From Ruminococcus sp. (GTDB lineage: Bacteria; Bacillota; Clostridia; Oscillospirales; Acutalibacteraceae), in assembly GCA_045635685.1 (NCBI GenBank), contig JAZTWD010000051.1, positions 83,222 to 147,221 on the forward strand: 64,000 nt of DNA, written 5' to 3'. Numbering within the stretch: the stretch's first letter is position 1; each line of letters opens with the position of its first letter. The translations under genes and the position numbers were made by a program. The notes below the pieces were generated by a model. That model had not been told where the DNA came from and made no database searches. It worked only from the letters and a program-made list of their open reading frames with translations. Below are positions 23,071-33,133 of this stretch, piece after piece.

Positions 23071-24162
23071 GTGAAATATATGACTCAGGAAAGACAGGCT
23101 CGTGCCGTAGCCCGTGATAATAAAAAACGGCGTAAAAAGCTGATTATTACAAAGGCAGTATGCGTGGTTCTTGCAATTCTCTGCCTTGTTGGCGGTGTAG
23201 CATCACTTGGTTACTACAAAACTCTTATGAGCTTTAACTATCAGGATGTGGATACCTCAACTCGTCAGCCTCAGACAGATGCTAATGGCAATGTAATTGT
23301 AACCGACCCCGAGATTTTAACTCTCGATACCAATTCAGGCAATTTGCTTTCAGACCCTTACATTCTCAACATTCTTCTTTTTGGTGCCGACCAGTATGGC
23401 GATGAGGGTAATTCTGACACAATGATTCTTATGTCAATTGATAACCGCCACGAAAAAATCAAGCTTACTTCTTTTCTTCGTGATACTTACGTGTATGTTC
23501 CCGGTTATTATGATACAAAGCTTACTCACGCTTACTCTTACGGCGGTGCTCAGCTTTCCATTCAGACAATTGAAGCAAACTTCGGTATAAAGATTGACCG
23601 CTATGCTGTAGTTAATTTCGAAACTTTCAGGGATATCGTAGATATTATGGATGGTGTGGATATCGAGCTTACTTATGACGAAATTCAGTATATAAATGCT
23701 CAGGTTGCCCAGAACGGACAGGACGATTACCTTCCTTGGGATACCGAGGAAGGCATAGTTCACCTCAACGGTCAGCAGGCTCTCTGGCATGCAAGAAACC
23801 GCGGTGGATATGTAAATGGTCAGTATTTCTATATGGGAGACGACTGGGGAAGAGTAGAGCGTCAGCGTGCTTTTCTTGACGCTGTTATGAATAAGCTCAG
23901 AAGTTCTGCATCCCTTACAGAAATCGTTCAGATTGTAAACGCTGTAGGCCCTAATATTACAACCAACCTTAAAAGCTCAGAAATAACAATGCTTGTGTCA
24001 GGTGCTCTTACATACCTTGGTTATGAAATGGAAGAGCTTTCAATGCCTGAGGATAACTGGGAAGCAATTGAAAACGAATCAGGTGAGTGTTTGGCAATTA
24101 TAGATTGGAACTTAGCCCGCCGCACAGTTGCCGAGTTTATCTACGAAGACAGCGTAATGTAA
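23071..24162 (+). CDS. LCP (LytR-CpsA-Psr) family cell-wall polymer ligase
   Basis: Basic N-terminus plus one TM, NILLFGAD, SDTMILMSID, SFLRDTYV, LNGQQAL..ARNR, DWGRVERQR. Confidence 0.88.
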   Translation: MKYMTQERQARAVARDNKKRRKKLIITKAVCVVLAILCLVGGVASLGYYKTLMSFNYQDVDTSTRQPQTDANGNVIVTDPEILTLDTNSGNLLSDPYILNILLFGADQYGDEGNSDTMILMSIDNRHEKIKLTSFLRDTYVYVPGYYDTKLTHAYSYGGAQLSIQTIEANFGIKIDRYAVVNFETFRDIVDIMDGVDIELTYDEIQYINAQVAQNGQDDYLPWDTEEGIVHLNGQQALWHARNRGGYVNGQYFYMGDDWGRVERQRAFLDAVMNKLRSSASLTEIVQIVNAVGPNITTNLKSSEITMLVSGALTYLGYEMEELSMPEDNWEAIENESGECLAIIDWNLARRTVAEFIYEDSVM

Positions 24163-24166
24163 AAAT

Positions 24167-24202
24167 AACAGCAGATGGATTTTTAATCCGTCTGCTGTTT
24201 TT
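24167..24202. terminator. Bidirectional terminator
   Basis: AACAGCAGATGGAT/ATCCGTCTGCTGTT stem between convergent genes. Confidence 0.75.
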
Positions 24203-24209
24203 GTATTTA

Positions 24210-25259
24210 TCAGATTATATTAAATTCCATATGAGCAGGTATCGCGTCGAGATATAGCCTTTCGGTGTCAATTTGCTTAATAAAGCCGTAAAGCTCACCA
24301 AACACAAGAGTCTTGCCGCCTGTGGTAACACACAGAAGTTTGCCGGATTTGATAGAAGGCTTAAATGTAAGCTCCATAGCTGAGCTTCCTGCCGTGAACT
24401 TCCAGGGCTTGTCGGGGCGTTCTTCCTTGCCCATAGCCTTAACAGATGCAAACTTGTGCATTTTACCGTCTAAGAAAAAGCAATTTTCAGAGCCTTCGGA
24501 TGTATCGCCAACGCCGCCTGCAAGGCAAAGTGCAAACTGTCTGCCACTGATTTCAGTGTTTGCATACAAAGCGTGGTAACAGCTTTTTTCAGAAAGAGAA
24601 TATCTCTGCCAGTCAAGAAAGGCAAAGGAGTTTTCTTTGCTTAAATTATATTCTGCACCGCCACACCTTACAACGCCTGAGGCACTCATATAGGGCACAA
24701 ACCTTTTGAGGAAAAAGCTTTTGGGGTTTCCTTTTGAGGGAATCAGAACATTTAAACTGTCGCAGGGGTTTTCTTTAAGCTCCAGATTGATGTACAAGGT
24801 TTTCTCCTTGCAAAAATCTACGAATTCACATCTTATATATCTGTTAAGTGCAGTATTGGAAAAATTCATTCCTACTCTTGTGTCTGTAAAGGTAACATCG
24901 CCGTTTTTGCTTGAAGCGGGCATACTCAGCTTACCTAAGGACATATACTTTTTTAGGGTTCTGAAATCCCGCTCACCTGTGTTAAGGTCTACAATAACTG
25001 CAGTAACCTCAGAATTAATGCCTTTTTCTGCTACAGAAAGGTAAACAGCTGCACCGCCGCCAACAATAAGGTAGCTGTCACGCTCGTTTAAAGTAAAGCG
25101 GTTTTTAGCCAGCGACTTGTCAAAAATAAAGTTAGGCTCACGGCTATAGCCTGCACAGCAAAGCTTTCCACTTGCGTCAAAAATATTCTTTTCGTTTACA
25201 ATTTCACGCTGCACAGTGCCACCTCCGCCTAAGTTTAAACTCTGTGTATTATTATACAT
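24210..25259 (-). CDS. DUF2804-like protein of unknown function
   Basis: 349 aa. N-terminal G.L..AGYSR.P, later FAFLDWQR, GSENCFFLDGKMHK, KPWKFT resemble the DUF2804 family, recognised from memory. Confidence 0.6.
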   Translation of the reverse strand: MYNNTQSLNLGGGGTVQREIVNEKNIFDASGKLCCAGYSREPNFIFDKSLAKNRFTLNERDSYLIVGGGAAVYLSVAEKGINSEVTAVIVDLNTGERDFRTLKKYMSLGKLSMPASSKNGDVTFTDTRVGMNFSNTALNRYIRCEFVDFCKEKTLYINLELKENPCDSLNVLIPSKGNPKSFFLKRFVPYMSASGVVRCGGAEYNLSKENSFAFLDWQRYSLSEKSCYHALYANTEISGRQFALCLAGGVGDTSEGSENCFFLDGKMHKFASVKAMGKEERPDKPWKFTAGSSAMELTFKPSIKSGKLLCVTTGGKTLVFGELYGFIKQIDTERLYLDAIPAHMEFNII

Positions 25260-25311
25260 TATTTGTGACTTAGTGCAATACCTTAGCTATAGTTAATTTT
25301 GGGAGAATTTT

Positions 25312-25683
25312 ATGAAGCGTTTCTCATTTATATTGTGTATAATTACTTTTTCTGTTTTTCTTTCAGCCTGCAGAACCGTAAATATAACGCCTGCAAATGA
25401 GCTCACAGCCTCACTCTGGAGCGTGAAAAATACAAGTTCTGTTTCTGCTACCCTTGAGTTTGACGCTTCACTAAACGAAGCTTTGCTTAAAATAACCGAT
25501 GAAAAAGGGGAGAGGATGAGCATAGATGGTGTTTTCGCAATAGATAAAGAAACGCTTTACATAACCTCAGACACTCTTTGCAAAACCTACACCTTCGGTT
25601 ATAAGGTTTACAAAGACCGCTTGATTTTAAGCTACAATGGATACGACCTTACCTTTAACGCGGTAAAAGAAAAAGAGCCGTAA
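25312..25683 (+). CDS. Hypothetical lipoprotein
   Basis: MKR + hydrophobic stretch + lipobox LSAC. Confidence 0.7.
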   Translation: MKRFSFILCIITFSVFLSACRTVNITPANELTASLWSVKNTSSVSATLEFDASLNEALLKITDEKGERMSIDGVFAIDKETLYITSDTLCKTYTFGYKVYKDRLILSYNGYDLTFNAVKEKEP

Positions 25684-25700
25684 AATTACGGCTCAATAAT

Positions 25701-26192
25701 TTAGTACCCGAAACTTCCTGCCAGAGAATCGTCATTTTCAATCCAATCCTCAACATAAAGGGCTGTGAATTTATCCTTTGTGTTTCTGATAACAACTCTT
25801 GTTATACCGGCATTAATAATTGCACGCTTACACATTGCACAGGCACTTGCGTTTTCAACGTAATCGCCTGTGGTTTGTTCCTTGCCTACAAGGTACAGGG
25901 TAGCACCCAGCATCATCTCGCGGGAAGCGTGGATTATAGCGTTCATTTCAGCGTGTACGCTTCTGCAAAGCTCATATCTTTCGCCTCTGGGAATGTTAAG
26001 TGCCTCTCGCTGGCAGTAGCCAATGTCAATGCAGTTTTTTCTTCCTCTGGGAGCACCAACATAACCTGTGGAAATAATGTGGTCGTTGTTTACAATAATC
26101 GCACCGAAATTTCTTCTTAAGCAGGTGCCTCTTTCAGACACGGTTTCTGCAATGTCCAGATAATAATTTTCCTTATCAATTCGTGTAAACAT
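25701..26192 (-). CDS. Deoxycytidylate deaminase family protein
   Basis: CLRRNFGAIIV, GYVGAPRG, HAEMNA zinc/catalytic motif, CAMCKRAIINAGI. Confidence 0.88.
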   Translation of the reverse strand: MFTRIDKENYYLDIAETVSERGTCLRRNFGAIIVNNDHIISTGYVGAPRGRKNCIDIGYCQREALNIPRGERYELCRSVHAEMNAIIHASREMMLGATLYLVGKEQTTGDYVENASACAMCKRAIINAGITRVVIRNTKDKFTALYVEDWIENDDSLAGSFGY

Positions 26193-26252
26193 AGTAATCC
26201 TCCGCGAAATTTATTTTATTAATGGGGTATAAAGTTGCGTGGTTAACAGGAT

Positions 26253-26495
26253 TCAGCGTTTAAGCTCACTGAGACACTTCTCACAAATGTGGTTATCTTT
26301 ATATTCTGTTAAGTTGTCAGAGCTACCGCAAAAAACACACTGGGGAAGATATCTTTTAAGAACAATCTTATCATCTTCCACAAAAAGTTCCAAAGGACTG
26401 TTTTCGACCAAATCAAACATTCTTCTTACATTTACAGGTACAACAATTCTGCCTAATTTGTCGATTTTACAAATATTACCGCAAGCTTTTAACAT
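26253..26495 (-). CDS. abrB: AbrB/SpoVT-family transition-state regulator
   Basis: KIDKLGRIVVP...PLELFVEDDKIVLKRY plus C-terminal CVFC...CEKC typical of clostridial AbrB. Confidence 0.88.
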   Translation of the reverse strand: MLKACGNICKIDKLGRIVVPVNVRRMFDLVENSPLELFVEDDKIVLKRYLPQCVFCGSSDNLTEYKDNHICEKCLSELKR

Positions 26496-26538
26496 AAATA
26501 TACCTCCAATCGTTTTGTTAATTACCCTCCATGTCTAA

Positions 26539-26567
26539 ATAGTACCAATTTGTGCCATTATTGTCAA
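26539..26567 (-). promoter_or_regulatory. Sigma-A promoter for abrB
   Basis: Minus strand TTGACA-17 bp-TACTAT with extended -10 TG. Confidence 0.7.
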
Positions 26568-26591
26568 GAATAAACTGTAAAAATATATAAC

Positions 26592-26598
26592 TGTCGAA
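26592..26598 (+). promoter_or_regulatory. Putative Spo0A box
   Basis: Exact TGTCGAA in the abrB/spmA divergent intergenic region. A 7-mer can occur by chance. Confidence 0.4.
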
Positions 26599-26613
26599 AG
26601 GTGAGTTTTTAAG

Positions 26614-27198
26614 TTGAATTATATCTGGGCGATTTTAATGTTCATTGCCTTTCTGTGGGCGGTGTTCTCCGGCAATATGGAGGCCTTGTCTGCCTCGGTT
26701 ATGAACGGTGCCGCCTCGGCTGTGGAGCTTCTTATTTCTATTGTTGGTATTATCTGTTTTTGGTCAGGTATGATGGAAATAGCAGACAAAAGCGGTATTA
26801 CAACTCTGCTTGCAAAGTTCTTTTCGCCAATCCTTACAAAGCTTTTTAAAAATGTTAGTAAAGACAGCCCCGCAATGCGTTACATAAGCCTTAATATAAG
26901 TGCAAATCTTTTAGGTCTTGGCAATGCCGCAACTCCTTTTGGTTTATGTGCAATGAAAGAACTTAAAACTTTAAACCATAGTAAAGATACTGCCAGCGAC
27001 GATATGCTTTTGTTTGTGGTGCTTAATACCGCTTCATTACAGCTTGTTCCTACAACCCTATGTGCTTATCGCTCTAATTACGGTAGTAAAGCCCCCTTTG
27101 AAATCATTCCTGCAGTATGGCTTACTTCGCTGGTTGCACTTACTGTTGCTATAACTGTAGCAAAGGTGTTCTCGAATGTAGGAGGAAAGAGCCGATGA
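26614..27198 (+). CDS. spmA: Spore maturation protein A
   Basis: TTG start, MNYIW, WSGMMEIA, NISANLLGLGNAATPFG, VVLNTASLQLVP. Confidence 0.92.
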   Translation: MNYIWAILMFIAFLWAVFSGNMEALSASVMNGAASAVELLISIVGIICFWSGMMEIADKSGITTLLAKFFSPILTKLFKNVSKDSPAMRYISLNISANLLGLGNAATPFGLCAMKELKTLNHSKDTASDDMLLFVVLNTASLQLVPTTLCAYRSNYGSKAPFEIIPAVWLTSLVALTVAITVAKVFSNVGGKSR

Positions 27199-27704
27199 AC
27201 ATTATAGTTCCTCTTATAGTGGTAGCCTTTGTAGCGGTAGGACTGATAAAAAAGGTGCCTGTGTTTGAGGTGTTTTGCAAAGGAGCCTTTAAGGGGCTAA
27301 AAACCGTTGTTTCCATAGCTCCAACACTCTTAGGACTTATTACCGCAGTCACAATGCTTAGGGAAAGCTCAGCTCTTGACGCTTTAACAAGCTTTATAAC
27401 ACCATTTGCCGAAAAGTTAGGCTTTCCTGCCGAGATAATCCCCGTTGCTATCTTAAGGCCTGTTTCGGGCGGAGGTTCAACTGCTTTGCTTATTGATATT
27501 TTCCAGCGATTAGGTCCCGACAGCTTTGCGGGAAAAATCGTTTCCGTTATGGCAGGCTCAACAGAAACAACCTTTTACGCCATAACCCTTTATTTTGGCA
27601 GTGTTGGCATAAAGAAAATCCGCCACACCCTTGTAGCAGGTCTTGCGGCGGATTTAACAGCAGTTATATTTTCAGTTTTAACAGTAAGAGTTTTTCTTAT
27701 CTAA
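27195..27704 (+). CDS. spmB: Spore maturation protein B
   Basis: ATG 27195 overlaps spmA stop. VFEVFCKGA, LRPVSGGGS, GSTETTFYA..YFGSVGIKKIRH. Confidence 0.92.
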   Translation: MNIIVPLIVVAFVAVGLIKKVPVFEVFCKGAFKGLKTVVSIAPTLLGLITAVTMLRESSALDALTSFITPFAEKLGFPAEIIPVAILRPVSGGGSTALLIDIFQRLGPDSFAGKIVSVMAGSTETTFYAITLYFGSVGIKKIRHTLVAGLAADLTAVIFSVLTVRVFLI

Positions 27705-29085
27705 ATCTGAGCACCTTGTGCAAAAATGCTTTTCCGTTAAAGGGAATAAGGGGGTAGAGGTAGCTTTTACCGCTGACTGTTTTGTTTGTAACTAACAATA
27801 CGATTGTCAGCAAAAGTCCTGCAATAAAGCCCCAGAGGTTGAAAAGCACAGTGAGTATCAGGATAATAACCCTCATAAATTTAAGGCAATATCCAAGCTC
27901 GTAATTAGGCTGAGAAAAGCTTGCAATTGTTACAAAAGCCATATAAAGAATAGTTTCAGTATTAAACCAACCTGCACTTACTGAAAATTCAGAAAGTGCA
28001 ATGGCACCTATAATGCCCAAGGTTCCCGATAAGCTGTTAGGTGTATTAAGTGCGGCAAGCCTTAAGCCGTCAATGGTGACCTCCAAAAGTATCAACTGCC
28101 AGAACACAGGAATACTGCATTCCTCAGTGGTAAGCATAAATTGGAATACTTCCGGAACAAATTCAGGGTTTTGCAGCATCAAAAGCCATATTGGGGTTAT
28201 CAGCAAAGCACCAATGGTAATTAAAAGCCTTGCAACCCTTAAATATGAACCTGTAATTGGCGGAAAATAGTAGTCGTCAGCTTCTTCGGTTATATCAAAA
28301 ATTGATGTTGGCAGAATTAGTGCCGACGGTGAATTATCAACAAGGATTACAATGTTTCCCTTTAAAAGATTTGCTGCCGCCGAATCAGGCCTTTCAGTGT
28401 ATTTTATCTTCGGAAAGGGATTGAACCATTTTTTAGGGTAAATTGCTTCAATTAAGCTTTGCTGATTCATAGCCAATGAATCTACATCAATATTCTTAAT
28501 CCTGTCCGTTATTGCCTTCAAAAGCTTTTTGTCAACCTTGTTGTCCATATAGCAAACTGCAACATCCGACTTGGAGCAATGGCTTACAAAGAACGGCTTA
28601 ACCGTAAAGTTAACATCCCTTATTCTTCGTCTTATGAGGGCTACGTTGCTTATCATAGTTTCTACAAAGCCGTCCTTACTGCCTCGCATAACCTTGTCAT
28701 CGTCTGGTTCGCTGGTTTGCCTCTGGGGATATGTTCGCATATCCATCAGCACAGCCTTGTCCATTCCGTCGATTATAAGAGCAGTAACACCGCAAAGTAT
28801 ATTCTGAATAATAAGTTTCGGGTCTTTTTCTGTTGTTACTTCAAAATACGGAACACAGTTTTCGGCAAAGGTGTCGGCATCTTTGAAGTAGCTTTCATCC
28901 GTAACAGAGTTGAAAAACACCAAGGTTTTCATCAGCACAGCATCTTTAACAAATCCGTCAATGCAGTAAAGTGCTACGTTTCTTTGGTTGATAATAATGT
29001 TTCTTTTAATCAGGTCAAAGCTTTCATCAACCCTTAAATCAGCATCAATAACAGCCGTATTTTTCTCTAAACTTGTAGTTAGCAT
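27697..29085 (-). CDS. spoVAF: GerA-family spore germination protein, SpoVAF-like
   Basis: Likely ATG 29085 after AGGTGA. GSKDGFVET, NVALIRRRI, FNPFPKIKYTERPD, VDNSPSAL, C-terminal TM segments. Confidence 0.8.
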   Translation of the reverse strand: MLTTSLEKNTAVIDADLRVDESFDLIKRNIIINQRNVALYCIDGFVKDAVLMKTLVFFNSVTDESYFKDADTFAENCVPYFEVTTEKDPKLIIQNILCGVTALIIDGMDKAVLMDMRTYPQRQTSEPDDDKVMRGSKDGFVETMISNVALIRRRIRDVNFTVKPFFVSHCSKSDVAVCYMDNKVDKKLLKAITDRIKNIDVDSLAMNQQSLIEAIYPKKWFNPFPKIKYTERPDSAAANLLKGNIVILVDNSPSALILPTSIFDITEEADDYYFPPITGSYLRVARLLITIGALLITPIWLLMLQNPEFVPEVFQFMLTTEECSIPVFWQLILLEVTIDGLRLAALNTPNSLSGTLGIIGAIALSEFSVSAGWFNTETILYMAFVTIASFSQPNYELGYCLKFMRVIILILTVLFNLWGFIAGLLLTIVLLVTNKTVSGKSYLYPLIPFNGKAFLHKVLRFR

Positions 29086-29215
29086 ATTTATCACCTGTTG
29101 GTATTTTGCACCAGAGCTTATAAAATATGTAGTATTAAAGCAAGCTTTGAAAAATATATACAAAAGTTATGAGCTATTTTTGTTCTTTTTCTACCCTCAA
29201 TATATGGTAAAACCT

Positions 29216-29244
29216 TTGACAAAAGAAAGTATTTATAGTATAAA
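29216..29244 (+). promoter_or_regulatory. Sigma-A promoter of pfl operon
   Basis: TTGACA-17 bp-TATAAA just upstream of the riboswitch. Confidence 0.75.
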
Positions 29245-29258
29245 TATATTGTAAAGAA

Positions 29259-29333
29259 AACTTCTATGTGACTGACGGGTTTCACTGAAAACAGTGGGGG
29301 AGTGTAGAAGTTACAAAGCCGACCGTCTGGGCA
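29259..29333 (+). ncRNA. ZMP/ZTP riboswitch (pfl motif)
   Basis: GTGACTGACGG...P2 hairpin CACTG-AAAA-CAGTG...GCCGACCGTCTGGGCA. GACGG/CCGTC pseudoknot complementarity. Lies upstream of pflB. Confidence 0.93.
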
Positions 29334-29370
29334 ATTCGCTTCACATAGAAGTGGATTGCCTTTTTGTTTT
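29330..29370 (+). terminator. Riboswitch expression-platform terminator
   Basis: 13-bp stem GGCAATTCGCTTC/GAAGTGGATTGCC (2 G-U pairs) plus T-run. Its 5' arm overlaps the aptamer 3' end. Confidence 0.85.
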
Positions 29371-29422
29371 GCTATATAAGTATATTTTATATAAATAATT
29401 CATTCAGTAAGGAGAGATACAA

Positions 29423-31654
29423 ATGAAAAATAAAAACTGGATTGGATTTAAAGAAGGTGTTTGGTGTGACGAAATCAACGTTCGTGATTTCATCCAGACT
29501 AATTACAAGGAATACACAGGTGACGACAGCTTTTTAAGCGGTGCCACCGAGCGTACAAATGCTTTAATGAAAAAGCTTCAGGGGCTTTTTGCTATCGAGC
29601 GTCAGTTTGGCGGTGTTCTTGATATCGACACAGCCACGGTTTCTTCCCTTACAAGCTACTCGCCCGGCTATATTGACAAGGACAACGAGCTTATCGTAGG
29701 TATGCAGACCAACCGCCCCTTAAAGCGCGGAGTAAATCCCTTTGGCGGTATCCGTATGGCTCGTCAGGCCTGTAAAGCTTACGGCTATAAATTAAGCGAT
29801 AAGATTGAAGAAGAGTTCAAATACCGCACAACTCATAACGACGGTGTTTTCAGAGCTTATACCGACGAGATGCGTGCCGCCAGAAAGTGCCACGTTATTA
29901 CAGGTCTTCCCGATGCTTACGGCAGAGGCCGTATTATCGGTGACTACCGCCGTGTTGCTCTTTATGGTGTAGACAAGCTTATTGAAGAAAAGCAAAAGGA
30001 TAAAGCAAAGCTTGCTATAGAATCTTTCGACTCTCCTCAGATTCGTCTTGACGAAGAGCTGTATCAGCAGATCTCCTTCTTAGGGAAAATGAAGGAAATG
30101 GCTATGATGTATGGCTTTGATATAAGCCTTCCTGCAGAAAATGCAAGGGAAGCAATTCAGTGGACATATTTTGCCTACCTTGCTTCTATTAAAGAGCAGA
30201 ACGGTGCTGCTATGTCCTTAGGCCGTGTAAGCACATTCTTTGATATCTATATTGAGCGTGATATAGCTAACGGAGTGCTTACTGAAGAGGGTGCTCAGGA
30301 GCTTATGGACGACTTCGTTATGAAGCTCAGAATAGCAAGGCACCTGCGTACTCCCGAGTATAACGAGCTTTTTGGTGGTGATCCCATGTGGATTACCGAG
30401 GCCGTAGGCGGTGTTGGCGAGGATTGCAGAACATTGGTTACAAAGAACTCTTTCCGTGTGCTTAACACTCTTTACACTCTGGGTTCTTCTCCCGAGCCTA
30501 ACCTTACCGTTCTCTGGTCAATAAATCTTCCCGAGAACTTTAAGAGGTTCTGTGCCAAGGTTTCCAAGGATACAAACTCTATCCAGTATGAAAACGACGA
30601 TGTAATGCGTCCCATTTACGGCGATGACTATGCAATCGCCTGTTGTGTTTCAGCAATGAAGGTTGGTAAGCAGATGCAGTTCTTTGGTGCCCGTTGCAAT
30701 CTTCCCAAGCTTATGCTTATTGCTATTAACGGCGGTTACGATACCACCAGCGGTATTCACATTGGCCCTCAGATGGGTGTTTTAGAGGGGGAGAAGCTTA
30801 CCTATGAAGCTGTTATGGAGCGTCTTGATGTTTACCTTCCTTGGCTCAGCCACCTTTATGTAAACACAATGAATATTATCCACTATATGCACGATAAGTA
30901 CGCTTACGAGAAAACTCAGATGGCTCTTCACGATACATATGTTGACCGTTTTATGGCTTTCGGTATTGCAGGCCTTTCTGTAATTACCGACTCCTTAAGT
31001 GCCATTAAGTACGCGGATGTTAAGCCTGTCAGAGATGAAGAAGGCTATATCGTTGATTTTGAAACTACAGGAGAATTTCCCAAGTTTGGCAATGACGACG
31101 ACAGAGTTGACTCACTTGCTAAGGATATGACCCACAAGGTGATTACAGAGCTGAGAAAGACAAACACTTACCGCAATTCTATTCACACTCTTTCTGTTCT
31201 TACAATTACATCAAACGTTATGTACGGCAAAAATACAGGCTCAACTCCCGACGGAAGAAAAGCCGGAGAAGCCTTTGCGCCCGGTGCAAACCCAATGCAC
31301 AACCGCGAGGAAAACGGTGCCCTTGCTTCTCTTAACTCTGTTGCAAAGTTAAGCTATGACGACTGCCGTGACGGTATTTCCAATACATTCTCCATAACTC
31401 CCGATGCTTTGGGTAAAAATGATGATGAGCAGGTAACTAACCTTGTTACAATTCTTGACGGTTACTTTGCAAAAATGGCTCATCACATCAACGTTAACGT
31501 AATGACCCGTGAAACTCTTATGAAGGCTTACGAAAATCCCGAGGAGTATCCCAACCTTACAATCCGTGTTTCAGGCTATGCTGTACACTTTAATAAATTA
31601 AGCCGTGAACAGCAGCGTGAGGTTATAAGCCGTACCTTCCACGAAGCAGTATGA
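29423..31654 (+). CDS. pflB: Pyruvate formate-lyase (formate C-acetyltransferase)
   Basis: [23 protein letters not shown] active-site cysteine pair, glycyl-radical motif RVSGYAV. Confidence 0.96.
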   Translation: MKNKNWIGFKEGVWCDEINVRDFIQTNYKEYTGDDSFLSGATERTNALMKKLQGLFAIERQFGGVLDIDTATVSSLTSYSPGYIDKDNELIVGMQTNRPLKRGVNPFGGIRMARQACKAYGYKLSDKIEEEFKYRTTHNDGVFRAYTDEMRAARKCHVITGLPDAYGRGRIIGDYRRVALYGVDKLIEEKQKDKAKLAIESFDSPQIRLDEELYQQISFLGKMKEMAMMYGFDISLPAENAREAIQWTYFAYLASIKEQNGAAMSLGRVSTFFDIYIERDIANGVLTEEGAQELMDDFVMKLRIARHLRTPEYNELFGGDPMWITEAVGGVGEDCRTLVTKNSFRVLNTLYTLGSSPEPNLTVLWSINLPENFKRFCAKVSKDTNSIQYENDDVMRPIYGDDYAIACCVSAMKVGKQMQFFGARCNLPKLMLIAINGGYDTTSGIHIGPQMGVLEGEKLTYEAVMERLDVYLPWLSHLYVNTMNIIHYMHDKYAYEKTQMALHDTYVDRFMAFGIAGLSVITDSLSAIKYADVKPVRDEEGYIVDFETTGEFPKFGNDDDRVDSLAKDMTHKVITELRKTNTYRNSIHTLSVLTITSNVMYGKNTGSTPDGRKAGEAFAPGANPMHNREENGALASLNSVAKLSYDDCRDGISNTFSITPDALGKNDDEQVTNLVTILDGYFAKMAHHINVNVMTRETLMKAYENPEEYPNLTIRVSGYAVHFNKLSREQQREVISRTFHEAV

Positions 31655-32367
31655 GTAAGGGTTATATCCACTCGTTCCAAAGCCTTGGCACAGTAGACGG
31701 CCCGGGTGTAAGGTTTGTAGCTTTTCTGCAAGGCTGTAATCTTCGCTGTAAGTGCTGTCATAACCCCGATACATGGGCAAGGGTAGGGGACGCCAAGGAA
31801 TATTCGGCAGAAGAAGTTGTAAACAAAGCAATACGCTATAAAGAGTATTTCAAAGACAACGGCGGTGTTACCCTTTCGGGGGGCGAGCCTCTTTTGCAGG
31901 CAGAATTCGCAAAAGACATCTTTAAACTTTCCAAGGAAAATGGCATAAACACTTGCATTGATACCTCAGGCAGTATTCTGAATGATGAGGTTATGCTCTT
32001 ACTTGACGTAACCGACAGGGTCCTCCTTGATATCAAATACACCGACGATACTCTCTACAGAGAAAACGCAGGTTGTTCTATGGAGGTTCCCCTCAGGTTT
32101 CTCGGAATTCTTAATCAAAAGGGAATTCCCACAACCCTTCGACAGGTAATTATCCCTACCATAAACGACACCGAGGAAAATATCACAAAGCTTCACCAGA
32201 TTGCCAAAGAGCATAAATGTGTAGATAAAATCGAGCTTCTGCCTTTTCGCAAAATCTGCGTGAGCAAATATGATGAAATGAAGATAACTTTTCCTTTTGG
32301 CGATTTGCCAACTCCTTCAAAGGAAAAAATGGAATATCTTATGTCATTTATAAAAGAATATCTATAA
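31651..32367 (+). CDS. pflA: PFL-activating enzyme (radical SAM)
   Basis: [36 protein letters not shown]. Confidence 0.96.
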   Translation: MSKGYIHSFQSLGTVDGPGVRFVAFLQGCNLRCKCCHNPDTWARVGDAKEYSAEEVVNKAIRYKEYFKDNGGVTLSGGEPLLQAEFAKDIFKLSKENGINTCIDTSGSILNDEVMLLLDVTDRVLLDIKYTDDTLYRENAGCSMEVPLRFLGILNQKGIPTTLRQVIIPTINDTEENITKLHQIAKEHKCVDKIELLPFRKICVSKYDEMKITFPFGDLPTPSKEKMEYLMSFIKEYL

Positions 32368-32369
32368 CT

Positions 32370-32406
32370 AATTCTCCTTCGGATTCTTATCCGGAGGAGA
32401 ATTTTG
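32370..32406 (+). terminator. Terminator after pflA
   Basis: AATTCTCCTTCGGA/TCCGGAGGAGAATT stem. Confidence 0.7.
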
Positions 32407-32533
32407 CTGTATAGAAAACTGCTATATTTCTGTCGGGCATAATGCATAAGATAATATCAATCTGTCTACTCGTACTGAACAGGGCGTTACGTTGATTTTT
32501 TGTGAATTTTTACGTAAGAAATTACGAATAAAG

Positions 32534-32562
32534 TTGCTATTTTTCTATTAATATGTTATAAT
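32534..32562 (+). promoter_or_regulatory. Sigma-A promoter of ruvCAB operon
   Basis: TTGCTA-17 bp-TATAAT with extended -10 TG. Confidence 0.7.
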
Positions 32563-32606
32563 ACTTAATTATTATAGGCTTATTATGCTTGAAAGGATGT
32601 GTCTGT

Positions 32607-33113
32607 GTGACAGTACTGGGTATCGACCCCGGATATGCCATTATCGGCTATGGTGTAATCAGTGCTGAAAGCTGTAACTTCAAGCCCATTGCATACGGCT
32701 GTATCACCACTGATGCAGACACAGATTTTAATATCCGCTTAAAGCTTATTTTCGACGGTATGAATAAGGTTATCGAAAAAGCAAAGCCTGACTGTATAGC
32801 TATAGAAAAGCTTTATTTTCAGAATAACCAGAAAACCGCCATAATGGTGGCCGAGGCAAGAGGAGTAATACTCCTTGCCGCTCAGCTTCATAATATTCCC
32901 ATATTTGAATACACACCCTTGCAGGTTAAAACTGCAGTAACAGGCTACGGTAAGGCAAAAAAGCAGCAGGTTATGGATATGACCAAGCGTCTTTTAAAGC
33001 TCAGGCAAATGCCAAAGCCTGACGATGCCGCTGATGCCCTTGCAGTTGCTGTTTGTCACGTTCAGGCGGCAGGCACCTGCTTGCGTCGGGAACTTATGAA
33101 CGGCATCAACTAA
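32607..33113 (+). CDS. ruvC: Holliday junction resolvase RuvC
   Basis: GTG start after GAAAGGA. LGIDPG, IEKLYF, EYTPLQVK, PDDAADALAVA. Confidence 0.95.
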   Translation: MTVLGIDPGYAIIGYGVISAESCNFKPIAYGCITTDADTDFNIRLKLIFDGMNKVIEKAKPDCIAIEKLYFQNNQKTAIMVAEARGVILLAAQLHNIPIFEYTPLQVKTAVTGYGKAKKQQVMDMTKRLLKLRQMPKPDDAADALAVAVCHVQAAGTCLRRELMNGIN

Positions 33114-33133
33114 CCCTGTCGGGAGGTACAGTT

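Noticed and set aside
32410-32600. SOS (LexA) box upstream of ruvC
   Set aside because: No GAAC-N4-GTTC match found.
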